This document shows positions 24,481-36,462 of a stretch of 64,000 bases of DNA, in pieces (position 1 is the first letter of the stretch; the number at the start of each line of letters is the position of its first letter). The position numbers and the translations under genes were made by a program. The notes under the pieces were generated by a model, which had not been told where the DNA came from, searched no databases, and saw nothing but the letters and a program-made list of their open reading frames with translations. Where the stretch lies: positions 37,026,694 through 37,090,693 of the forward strand of contig NC_090398.1 of assembly GCF_036365525.1 (NCBI RefSeq), read 5' to 3'. The stretch is from Heterodontus francisci. Taxonomy: Eukaryota.

Positions 24481-25849
24481 TTTTGCATAAGCTGCAATAT
24501 CCTCTAATTAAACATGGGGGAAGAGCGAATCCTTTGAACCCACCATAAACTAGATATCCTTTCTTCCAATTACAAGACCCCTTCAGACATTTGCCTCAGG
24601 CTGAATCTGATGTTTTGTAATCTCTGATCTCTGTTCACCCACGATCTGATCTACTCACCACATGTCCTCTCTATCACAAAAGGCACCTACGTCTGCATCC
24701 AAATATCACCAGATTATGCCCCTACTTCAGCTCATCAGGCACCAAAACCCTAAATTACACATTTGTCAGATTCATAATCTCCATGCTCTCCTTCAATCCA
24801 TTGCCTATTCATTCCTCTGACACTGCTCTCATGGTGGGAATTCGCTCACTTGTTCCCGTTCTTACCAATCTGATTGGAGCCAGAAAATCTCCAGCAATAT
24901 CTTCTCTTCTTCATTACCCGTATCAACTCTCAAGGATCTAACTTTCCCTTTCACTTCTTGCTCATCATAAGGCTTCCCATTGGCGCTCTCAGAGGAAGAA
25001 ATTGCATCAGCTTTTCCTTGTAGGCTGATGACACTCTTGACAACATATCTCAATCCTTCTCCTGTCTCTCTGTTGTCCACCCTCATTTTTAATCCCTTCA
25101 CACTATCTCCATCCCAACATGTGTAATGTCCTGAAGCCTTACAATTCCTCAACCCTCCCACCCTCTGTTATTTTACAATGACCTACAGCTGCCCTATTTG
25201 TGCCTTCAGTCCATGCTCCAGAGGTTTCTCCTTAAGCCCTCCAGCTTCCAACCATCTCAAATAATCCCCTTCTTTTAGACTGATCTAATGGACACTCCTC
25301 CTGATATCTCTTTTCTTGTGGCTACAGGTCGCTACATATCTGATGATAGCTCTGTTGGACTCCGTAGGATAATTTTCTATGTTAAATACACTATACAGAT
25401 GCACGTGGCAATTGTTGTGTTTTAGTATGCTTCACTCTCTTCGTCTCACAATTTGTAGCCATGTCTTTTGTTGACTGAGGCCTACTCTCCAAAATCATTC
25501 CTAGTCAGCCCATTTCCTTCCCCTCAGTAAACCCCACTCTCAGACGAAGCATTTGGTTCTTTCTCTAATGTTTCATCAGTTCCTTTGTGCCCGTTTTTCC
25601 TCATGTCCCTGTTATACCTCATGGCAAATGGCATTAAAACAAAGTCTCTCTGTCATTGCTACCATTTATTACAATGTGTCAAATAATAATCCTTTGTATG
25701 AGCGACAACATACGCTTCAAAAGGAATTATAGTGCTTGATAAACATCACCGAATTCTTTGTGGCAGTAGTGGACATGGTAGATGGGGAAGTGCAATGGAT
25801 GTAATGTACATTGACTTTCGAAATGCTTTTAACAAGCGACCACATTAAT

Positions 25850-28800
25850 GGGTATACAAGTAGATTGGAACATAGGAGCAGGAGAAGGCCATTCAGCCCA
25901 TCGAGACTGCTCCACCATTCAATACAATCATGGTTGATCAACTACTTCAATTCTTCTTTCCAACATTATCCTCAAATCCCGTTATGTCACTTGTATTTAG
26001 AAATCAGTCAATCCATGCTTTAAACACACTCCATGTTTGTGCTTCCACATCCTCTTGGGTGAAGAATTCCAAAGATTCATAACCCTCTGAGTAAAGACAT
26101 TTCTCCTCATCTCCGTCCTAAGTGGCTTTCCCCTTATTTTGAAAATGTGTCCGCTGGTTCTGGACTCCCCAACCAGACAAAACATCTTAGTTGCAACTAC
26201 GCTGTCTATCCCGTTAAGTATTTTGGAGGTTTCAATGAGATCACCTCTCATTCTTCAAAACTGTAGAGGATAGCAAATGTTGTCCCCTTGTTCAAGAAGG
26301 GGAGTAGAGACATCCCTGGTAATTATAGACCTGTGAGCCTCACTTCGGTTGTGGGTAAAATGCTGGAAAAGGTTATAAGAGACAGGATTTATAATCATCT
26401 TGAAAAGCATAAGTTCATTAGCGATAGTCAGCACGGTTTTGTGCCGTACGGTCGTGCCTCACAAACCTTATTGAGTTTTTCGAGAAGGTAACCAAACAGG
26501 TGGATGAGGGCAAAGCAGTGGATGTGGTGTATATGGATTTCAGTAAGGCGTTTGATAAGGTTCCCCATGGTAGGCTATTGCAGAAAATACGGAAGTATGG
26601 GGTTGAAGGTGATTTAGAGCTTTGGATCAGAAATTGGCTAGCTGAAAGAAGACAGAGGGTGGTGGTTGATGGCAAATGTTCAACTTGGAGTTTAGTTACT
26701 AGTGGTGTACCGCAAGGATCTGTTTTGGGGCAACTGCTGTTTGTCAGTTTTATAAATGACCTGGAAGAGGGTGTAGAAGGGTGGGTTAGTAAATTTGCGG
26801 ATGACACTAAGGTCGGTGGAGTTGTGGATAGTGCCAAAGGATGTTGTAGGGTACAGAGGGACAGAGATAGGCTGCAGAGCTGGGCTGAGAGATGGCAAAT
26901 GGAGTTTAATGCGGAAAAGTGCAGAGTACTGGGCGCATGGGAAGATTCTTGGTAGTGTCGATGAACAGAGAGATCTTGGTGTCCAGGTGCATAAATGACT
27001 GAAGGTTGATACCCAGGTTAATAGGGCTGTTAAGAAGGCATATGGTGTGTTAGCTTTTATTAGTAGGGGAATCGAGTTTCGGAGCCACGATGTCATGCTG
27101 CAGCTGTACAAAACTCTGGTGAGACCGCACCTGGAGTATTGCGTCCAGTTCTGGTCACCGCATTATAGGAAGGATGTGGAAGCTCTGGAAAGGGTGCAGA
27201 GGAGATTTACTGGGATGTTGCCTGGTATGGAGGGAAGGTCTTAAGAGGAAAGGCTGAGGGACTTGAGGTTGTTTTCGTTGGAGAGAAGGAGGAGGAGAGG
27301 TGACTTAATAGAGACATATAAGATAATCAGAGGGTTAGATAGGGTGGATAGTGAGATTATTTTTCCTCGGATGGTGATGGCAAACACGAGGGGACATAGC
27401 TTTAAGTTGAGGGGTGATAGATATAGGACAGATGTGAGAGGTAGTTTCTTTACTCAGAGAGTAGTAGGGGTGTGGAACGCGCTGCCTGCAACAGTAGTAG
27501 ACTCGCCAACGTTAAGGGCATTTCAGTGGTCATTGGATAGACATATGGATGAAAATGGAATAGTGTAGGTCAGATGGTTTCACAGGTCGGCGCAACATCG
27601 AGTGCCGAAGGGCCTGTACTGTGCTGTAATGTTCTAATTCTAATTCGAATTCTAACACAGTCCCAGTTTCCCGAATCGTTCTTCATAGGACAGTCACACA
27701 ATCCTGGAACCAAGTCCGGTGAACCTTCATTACCCTCCATCTATGGCAAAATTATCCTGACGAAAATAAGGGGTCCAATACTGCACACAGTACTGCTGGT
27801 GCGATCAAACCAATGTTCTCTACAATTAAAGCAAGATTTCACTAATCCTGTACTCAAATCCTCATGCAATAAAGGCTAACACACCATTAGCCTTCTTCAG
27901 TGCTTGCAGTACCTGTTCGTTAGCTTTCAGTGGCTTATTAGCAAGGACACCCAGCTCTCTTTGTATATCTACATTTTATAATCTCTTACCATTTCAGAAA
28001 TATTCTGCACAAATGATCCTCCGACCAACATGGATAACCTCACATTTTTCTGCATTATATTCCATCGGTCACGTTCTTGCCCATTCACCAAGTCTGTCCA
28101 AATCCCCTTGAAGCCACTTTGCATCTTCCTCAGAACATACTTTCCCACCTACCTTTGTGTCATCCGCGAACTTGGAAATACTACAATCGCCTCCGCATCC
28201 AAATCACTGTTATATATTTTGAACAACTGGGTCCCAAGCACTGATCCCTGGGGTACCCGACTAGTCACAGCCTACCAATGCCAGAATGACCCGTTTCTTC
28301 CTACTTTCAGCTTTCTGCCTGCAAACTGATCCTTAATCCATGCCAGTATATTACTTCCTATCCCGTGTGCTTTAATTTTGCTAACCAACCCCTTATGGGG
28401 TTCTTATCAAAGGTCTTTTGAAATTCCATATATTCCATATCCACTGACTCCCCTTGATTTGTATCTCTAAATAAAAATCTATAGAACCTTTGAAGATTAT
28501 CACTAATGCATCCACTATCTTCATAGCTACATCTTTCAACTCTCTGAGATGTAGAATATCAGGTGCTGGGGACGTATAAACCTTAAGCCCCATTAATGTC
28601 TGCAATACAATCTTCTTACTAACACTAATTTCCTTCAATTTACCATTCTCCTTAATCCCTTGGATCTCGAATTCTAGGAGATTTCTTGTATCTTCCTCAC
28701 TGTAACCAGACACAAAGTAATCATTTCGCGTCTCTGCCATTTCTCTATTCCTCATAGTAAATTCGCCCGTCTCTGCCACTGATGGACCGACATTTGTCTT

Positions 28801-29500
28801 AGCCAAAAGTTTCCTTTTTGGTACCGTTAGAAGATTTTACTGTTTTTATTTATTTATTTGCTAGTTGACATTCATATTCTATTCTCCATTTGATCGTCAG
28901 TTTCATCATCCTCCTTTACTCTATTCTAAAATAGTCCCAATCCTCAGGTTTCCGACTATTTCAGGCAACTGTATAGGGCTTTTATTTTAATATTATACAA
29001 TCCTTAGCTTCATTTTTTATCCACTGCCTTTACCTTTGATTTTATTTTGTTCCTTGGACGAATATAGAGTTGCTATAAGCTTTGTAGCATTTCTTTCAAG
29101 GTTTTCCTTGCTTATGTGTTATCATACCTTTTAATGTATTTTCACAATCCACCTCAGCCAATTTTCCCCTGATACCGTCATAACTCTTTGTTCAAAGTTA
29201 AATCCCTGCCTTCAAATTGAACTACCTTACTTTCAAACAGAATATAAAATGATATCATAGTATGGTCACTCGTCCCTAAATGATCTTTCCAAACCACAAC
29301 CCAAGTATTAATTAGCCCTTTCTCATTACATAATGTTGGATGTAAAATAGTCTGTTCTCTAGTCGGTTCCTCAACATACTGCTCTGGAAAACCATCCCTA
29401 ACACACTCAGGAAACCCGTCCTCCGCTGAATTAGTACTTATTATTTTTGGCCAGTCTATGTGCAGATTTGTGTCACCCATGATTACTGTATTACCCATGC
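25850..29500 (-). mobile_element. Old CR1 LINE interrupted by a younger CR1 insertion at 26266-27655
   Basis: MRGDLIETSKILNGID (26251), KTNVGPSVAETGEF..EMAETRNDYF (28806), VIMGDTNLHIDW..EQYVEEPTRE..LGTSDH (29498). Confidence 0.85.
26266..27655 (+). mobile_element. Young 5'-truncated CR1 copy (same subfamily as 45478-50411)
   Basis: Near-identical to 48978-50400 (YMDFSKAFDKVPH, SGVPQGSVLG, FADD); frameshifts, ~35-nt deletion near 26920, stops; tail (ttctaa)n. Confidence 0.95.
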
Positions 29501-29701
29501 TTTACCCATTACCCATATTACCCATTCAAAAGGAAATTGGATAGTGATATGAAAAGCAAAAATGTGCAGGGTTATGGGGACAAAGCAAGAGAATGGAATT
29601 GAGGGAGTTGCTCTTTCAGAGAGCAGGTGGGAACAGGATAGGCCGAATGGCCTTCTTCTTTGCTGTACGATTCTGTGATTTTATGATACACTGTATCTAA
29701 C

Positions 29702-32700
29702 TATTTATTCCATAACCTTTTTTTTCGTTATTTCTCTTACATGGCCTTTATCCTTCAGGTCCATTCTCTTTTTTTGAAGGACGTTTTATACCACAGGTCC
29801 CCTTTATAGGCATACTACATAAATAAATTTACGGAAAAAAACCACAAATAAAACAAAACCAAAATTAAGATATACTTCTCGTATCTATGGTACATCCCAG
29901 CCCCTGCAGTGGCCACTGCTTGTGGAAGGCCTCGAGCAAACCTGCAGACTCCGCATGCTCCTACTCCATGGATACCCTGGTGCAAACATAACCTCGGCAG
30001 AAGGGAAAGCAATCTTGCTGAAGGCCCTCTGTCTGGACCTGTGAACTGCCGCATTTATCAGGGCCAGGAGCAGGTGTGAAAATCCTCCTGTCGACACATC
30101 CGCCTTTGCACCAGGTGTCATATATCAGCAGCTTAGCCTAACGTGCAGCCAACACTTGAGGAGCAACCACCTTAAATATTCCAGCAGGGGTTGCAAACTC
30201 ACAAACTCTATTTAAACACGGCATAGAGACATATCCAGACCATAGAACTTTCAGGCCAGGGAGTCTGTAAACTTATCAAAAGACAATTGCACGGGACTGC
30301 CCTGTGCATACCTTTTCACCCAGGTTGCCGATGTAAATGCAGAGACCTCCTCTGAGGATTGTCCTTGCCACCAGATGGCAACATGGACCGCCAGAATGTG
30401 CCTGGATGTTGGATGATGTCGAGCAATTGGAAAGTGTACAAGAGCAGTCCATAAAGGAACCCCCTCCATGTAGTGAGGAATGACACAGAGGGAATTTCCA
30501 ATAAACTGCTCAGATTGTGTGGGACCAGCTCCTGAGGAGTGTTTCGGGGCCTAGTTCTCATGAGCTGTTCCAGCTAAGTGGGAATCTGCTCAGATGTGAA
30601 CTTTCAACATTCACAAGTCCCCTTAGCACACCTGTCAGTCTGTCCCCAGAGCAGGCCTCTCTTACGAACAGAGCCCTCTCCAGAAGCAGCGGGGGAGAAC
30701 ACTGAGTACAGGTGACCATGTTCCAGACTCTGAATAGACCCTGATAAAAGGTGAACAATTCCCTCAGAGAGGCACAGATAATGGCTATCACCGTCAGCTG
30801 TGTGTTGTCTTGAAGGTAAAACCCTGATGGAAAAAATACATCACCAGTGAACACCTCCTGGCAGGATGCTGAATATATAGGTACCTTTGCATACTCCAAG
30901 ATTGCAGAGTCGCAGCATGGGTGTGAATGCACACCAGAGACTGACCACTCTCTTCAATCAGGAGACTCGGGACCATGGCAGAGAAATAGCATTTCCTCTT
31001 GCTACAGAGGAAATCGACGAGCTTCATCTGAATCTAGGCAGCAAATGTAGGGGGCGGGATGAAAGTGACCAACCGGTCCAAGATCATCGAGGCCAGCAGT
31101 TGGTTTATGACCAGCACTCGGCCCCTGTAGGAAAGCATTCGGAGCAGTCCTGTCCAGTGCCCTCACTGAGTGCTGATTTTCGTCTCCAACATCGGCCGGA
31201 TTGCCAGCCAGGCTTCCTCAGCAGGGCTCAGGTAGACTCGCAGAAAAAGGAGGTGCATAATGCTCCACGCCAAAGGTGCCAGCTCCTTTGTCAGCGACTG
31301 CTACTGACCCACCAGGATTCTGGAACATTTCTTTCAAATGATCTGAATGGTGGACGTAACAGAAAATATCTGATGGCACTGGCATATCGTTTACACGATA
31401 TGTGATCAGTGACCACGAGGGGCACATCGACCGCATAAGCCGAGAGGATGACACACATCCCTGGCCCTTGCAGAGCCAAATCTGCCAGCCTTATGTGAAG
31501 CAGGCACAGGAATGGCTCCACTAGATGGAATTTAATTGGCCGGCATGGGGCATGCCTGATGTACTCCTCTCTCAAAACAAAGATGCACCATCAAAGGCCC
31601 ATTAACTTTTACCAGACACTGTGTGGTGGCGCACGAAAGTCGGACCCGGCCCACAAAATGCAGCCCGAGTCTGAAAACGCACAAAGCCTGGGAAATACAT
31701 TTGTAATCAACTCTGTCTAAAACCTTCTCCTGGACAAGAGGAAGAAAGTTGACCAACGGTCCAGTCCTCTGAGAAAAAAGGATTAGCTCACAGGCCAGGT
31801 GGATACTGTCCTGGATGGAGCGACCCAAGACTATGTCGAATTGGTCAGGATAAAAACTGTGGGCCACCACGGAGCCCAGATAGTTGGGCATAGCCTCGGC
31901 AAAATCTTATAATTGTCCGACGGAGATAGACTGAACGCCAGTACTTAAGCAAGCAGAGATTGCCCCTCTTTGGCAGCAGTATAACTGCCCTGGGACACAA
32001 ACCTGGCCTCTCTCCAGTTTCTAAGCTTTCTCCTGGACCCCTGCATAATCGACCACCACGATGTTCCAAAACATCCGAAGGATCTCCACTGCCAACCCGT
32101 CCGGAGCAGGAGACTTGTCCACCGAGGGCTGGAAGTGGATGCCTCTCAGCTCCGCCAACCTAACAGGAGCCTCCAGTTGATTGCTGCCTCCAGGCTGATC
32201 CTCAGTAGGTTCTCTCACAAATCTCTGCACGCATCCTCGGTGGACGAATCCAGAGAGAACAACTTGCATAATAGGAGATTGGACTCCAAGTCGAGCACCT
32301 CCCTTTCCAGATGCTCGACTTCGGCTAACCATTTCTAGCTCGATTTAATTGCGCACTTCTGACATAAGGCACAGACATGAATCTTGTTCATTTCCCACCA
32401 GGTGAAGGCACTGGAGTCAGGATGGAGATATTGCAGAACATCCACCAAGCTGAGAGAGCTGTTCAATTCCCTTAGCTTGTCCACCTTTTCTTAATCACGC
32501 TGGAGGCTGGAGAGAGTCCTCACTTCGAGGATACACCTGAAGATCCCCCACTTAGCCCCACCCCACCGCCACCCCCAGGCACTTATTTATCGAAGCGTGA
32601 TTGAAATGCACTTGGCCTGGGCGCATGCAAATTCATGTCACCCATATAAATGGCAAACTGCAACAAGCCACCTCGGACAAGATCTTTGACTTACAAGACC

Positions 32701-35040
32701 TGCAGTTGAAAGGTCAGGACCAACAAGATAGCCACTCCACTCAAAATAGGAGCAAATAGGGGTGAAGTGACTCATGCAGACCCCGCAATGCCACAACAGG
32801 AACCAGCTGGCTTCGTCGCCCAGACTGGTGCAGTTTTCCTGCAGAAAATTCACTGTATACCTCCCTTCCTGAGGACTGAGAGATTTTGAAATCTGTGGAG
32901 CCTTCCTCAGCAGCCCAGAGAGGAACACCTTGGATTGGTGCTACATGGCTGTTTCCACACCTGCGCCCTTCCCCATTATCTAAACAGCAGCATGGACGGA
33001 TCTAATGAGAAGCGCCAGATTCAAACACTGGTTGAGGGCCAACTGAACTTTACTGTGGAAACCCCTGCAGGTTGCAAGGAAATCCTGATGTTCCACAACT
33101 GGGATGAGATAAAACTAGGTAGGTGGCATGAGGGTGTCCACATCCTCACTGATGAATGATTTCAATTCTTCCTCTGTGCCCAACACCAAGTCCACATCTT
33201 CCTCTGAGTAGGCACCCCAGCGGCCGACACATCCATCATACACTGTGAGGCAGATGACCTGGCCACAGCAGCAGCTTCCGCCACTGTCACGATCGTACCC
33301 ACAAGATCGATGAAGAGGAACCCACTCTGAGGTCCTTTCGGTCAACTGGGCCTATGAGTGCCAGCAGCACAAAAACCTCTCTCCCTCTCCATCCCTCAGA
33401 TAGTGAGCGGACCAGGGGAGAAAGTTGCTACCGACCCTAGACATCCAGCTGGGGCTGGGACGAGAAGTGGAATGAGCAGGCCATTTCCTGCTCACAAGTG
33501 CCCAGTGGCTCAACAGGTGGGGCATTGTTTACATTAACAGCTGGATCGTGTGCATCCTGGGCGGGACCGTGCTTAACCTGGGAGGGCCGGCATTGTGAGG
33601 CCGCGCCCTCATTTCCACCCAGGGAATGCGAAATAGCAGCAGATGAAGAGACTTCTCCAGGAGCGTTCCCAGGCTCCCCCGCCACAAGTAGGTCTCCACT
33701 CACTCACCGAGCCAGGACTGAGGTTTATCCTGTCTTCACCTCCCCTAGATGCTGCAGGTGGTGGAGAACCAGCTCACCTGGTATGAAAGTCAAAATATCT
33801 GAAAAGGTGACCCACAATGCAGTGGTCTCCACTGGCATAAGAATCCAGTCCACCATGAGTCCCTTATTCAGGCCCAGATAAACCACTTGCTCACTCTTCA
33901 GGCAAAAATACAGACCTCCTGCACATTTTGGGGGAAGCGACAATGGCTGAAGTGCCGACAGCCTTGGCCACTGCTTTTACTGTTATCTGTCTTATAATGC
34001 TTGGTCTGACGTAGCTCATGGCCCAATGCTTTGGTACTTTTGTTTCTAATGGCGACAGTGCAACAGGAGCAGATGCAGCTTCTGTACTAACATGCGATAG
34101 ACGGTCCCCACTACAGAAGCAAAAGGGCTTGCCATGGGTTCGAAGAGCCACCCCAACCCCTAAAAAGATATAAAAACGAGAGATGCTGGAAATTCTCCGC
34201 AGGTCTGGCAGCATAGTGAAGAAAGACGCAGAGTGAACTTTTCAGGTCAGTGAACCTTCATCAGAAATGAAACGTTAACTCTGCTTCTCTCTCCACAGAT
34301 GTTGCCAGACCTGCTGAGTATTTCCAGCATTTCTTGTTTTTATTTCAGATTTCGAGCATGTGCAGTATTTTGCTTTTACCCTAAAAATATATGGTTTGGT
34401 AATGAGAGTAGAGGAGGATAGAGTTGGCAAGGAAAAGTGGAGAATGTGTCTGGGTGGTGGAAGGTAGAGAAAGGCTTGGAAGGACGTTCATTCAACGGGT
34501 TGTTGGTGCACCTCAATGCAGTTAGTACAAGGTTCAAAATGCCAGTTACCTTCCAGTTGGGGCGGTGTGGGGGATGGGTGATGGGGGGGCGTGGCTGTGT
34601 GGGGGCTTCACACTGGTCCGCTGGAGCCACCCGGTAATCTCTCCTTTAATGTCACACCAGGACTTTCTCCATACATGCAGCACTAGCTATCCCCATCATG
34701 GAAGTTGTGGTGGGGCAAGAGCTTCCTGTGTGCAAGATGGAAAAAGCACAGGACAGGTATCAGGGCTCACTCGAGATTTTGGCAACCCCACCCGTGATTC
34801 TTCTGGCCTCTCTCCCTCTTCCAATAGTCCAAACAAAGACTGCTCCAGGTGCTGAAAACCCGCCTATCCAAAAGGAATTGCAGCCTTCTTGCCTCCCCAG
34901 TAGATGCGAGCACCTGCACACTTAACAGATATCTCCACTCATCGATTATTGCTCCGCTGCAGTTGCTATTCCATTAGCTGCTACAAGTGCTGCTGCTTCA
35001 ATTGCTTGCAGTCAGGAAGAACTCCAAATGCACCAAACAA
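29702..35040 (-). mobile_element. Tx1-clade non-LTR retrotransposon A, decayed
   Basis: Minus ORFs DKSPAPDGLAVE, LLPKRGNLCLLKYWR, LDRVDYK, LVEPFLCLLHIRL..ILSAYAVDV; ORF1-like ILTFIPGELVLHHLQHLGEV (33725-33943); 3' UTR similar to element B. Confidence 0.8.
34172..34378. mobile_element. Inverted-repeat Penelope terminal fragment inserted in Tx1 element A, with 14-bp TSD
   Basis: Arms 34171-34244 and 34268-34343 are reverse complements; flanks ccctaaaaagatat (34158-34171) and ccctaaaaatatat (34379-34392). Confidence 0.75.
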
Positions 35041-35209
35041 TCAGAGCTGTAAATGCTCTGGGATTGTCTGATGAGAGAGTGTAGAGGGAGCTTTACTCTG
35101 TATCTAAGCCCGATTTTTTTTCTTTTGTTTTAGCTTTTCTCTGCATCGAACCCCGTGCTGTACTTGCCCTGGGAATGTTTGATGGGAAAGTGTAAATGGT
35201 GCAGCTAAT

Positions 35210-36390
35210 CCCCTGAGGTGAGACTGACTGCCCTTGACATCAAGGCAGCATTTGACCGAATATGGCATCAAGGAGCCCTAGCAAAACAGGAGACAATCGG
35301 AATCGGGGGAAAACTCACCGCTGGTTGGAGTCATACCTAGTGCAAAGGAAAATAGTTGTGGTTGTTGGCATTCAATCATCTGAGCTCCAGGACATCACTG
35401 CAGGAGTTCCTCAGGGTAGTTTCCTCGGCCTAACCATTTTCAACTGCTTCATCAATGATCTTCCTTCAATTATAAGGTTCAGAAGTGGGGATGTTCGCTG
35501 ATGATTGCACAATGTTCAGCACCATTCACTACTCCTCTGTGTTTAAAGCAGTCCGTGTCGAAATACAGCAAGGACTGGACAATATCCAGGCTTGGGCTGA
35601 CAGGTGACTATTAACATTTTTGCCACACAAATGCCAGGCAATGACCGTCTGAAACAAGAGAGATTCTAACTATCTCCCCTTGGCATTCAATGACATTATG
35701 ATCGATAAATCCACCACCATCGACATCCTGGGAGTTACCATTGGCCGGAAACTGAACTGCAGCAGCAATATAAATACAGCGGCTACAGGATCAGTTTGGA
35801 GGCTAGGGGTCCTGCGGTGAGTAACTCACCTCCTGACTGCTCAAGTCTGTCCACCATCCACAAGGACAGGGCAGGAGTGTGATGGAATACTCTCAACTTG
35901 CCTGGATGGGTGCAGCTCCAACAACACTCAAGAAGCTCAACATCATCCAGGATAAAGCAGCCGGCTTGATTACCACCCTATCTGCAAACATTCAATCCCT
36001 CCACCACCGCCGCACAGCGTCAGCAGTGTGTAGTATCAACAAGATTCACTGCAGCAACGCGCCAAGGCTCCTTAGCCAGCAACCTCCAAACCCGTGACCT
36101 CTACCAACAAGAAGGACAGATGCAGCAGGTGAACGGAGACACCACCACCTTCCACTTCCCCTCCAAGCCACACACAATCCTGACTTGGAACTACATCACC
36201 GTTCCTTCACCGTTGCTGTGCCAAAATGCTGGAACTCCCCTCCTAACAACACTGTAGCTTTATCTACAGCACGTGGAATGCAGCGGGTCAAGAAGGCAAC
36301 TCACCATCTATTTCTCAAGGGCAATTAGGGATGAGTAATAAAAGATCCAGCGACAACCACATCGCACGAACGAATATATATATAAAAAAA
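35210..36390 (+). mobile_element. CR1/L2-group LINE (second family) 3' portion
   Basis: ALDIKAAFDRIWH, AGVPQGSFLGLTIFNCFINDL, atgttcgctgatgat (MFADD), 3' tail gggcaattagggatgag...cgaatatata. Confidence 0.85.
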
Positions 36391-36462
36391 TGCCTTGCTG
36401 TTCCTTCCCTGGGAGTGTTTGATGGGGCAGTGCAGAGGGAGCGTTACTCAGCATCTCATTGC

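Noticed and set aside
36395-36460. Tx1 target as U2 snRNA or tRNA (Keno/Dewa-type)
   Set aside because: Flanks do not resemble U2 or tRNA; they match the local ~68-bp repeat
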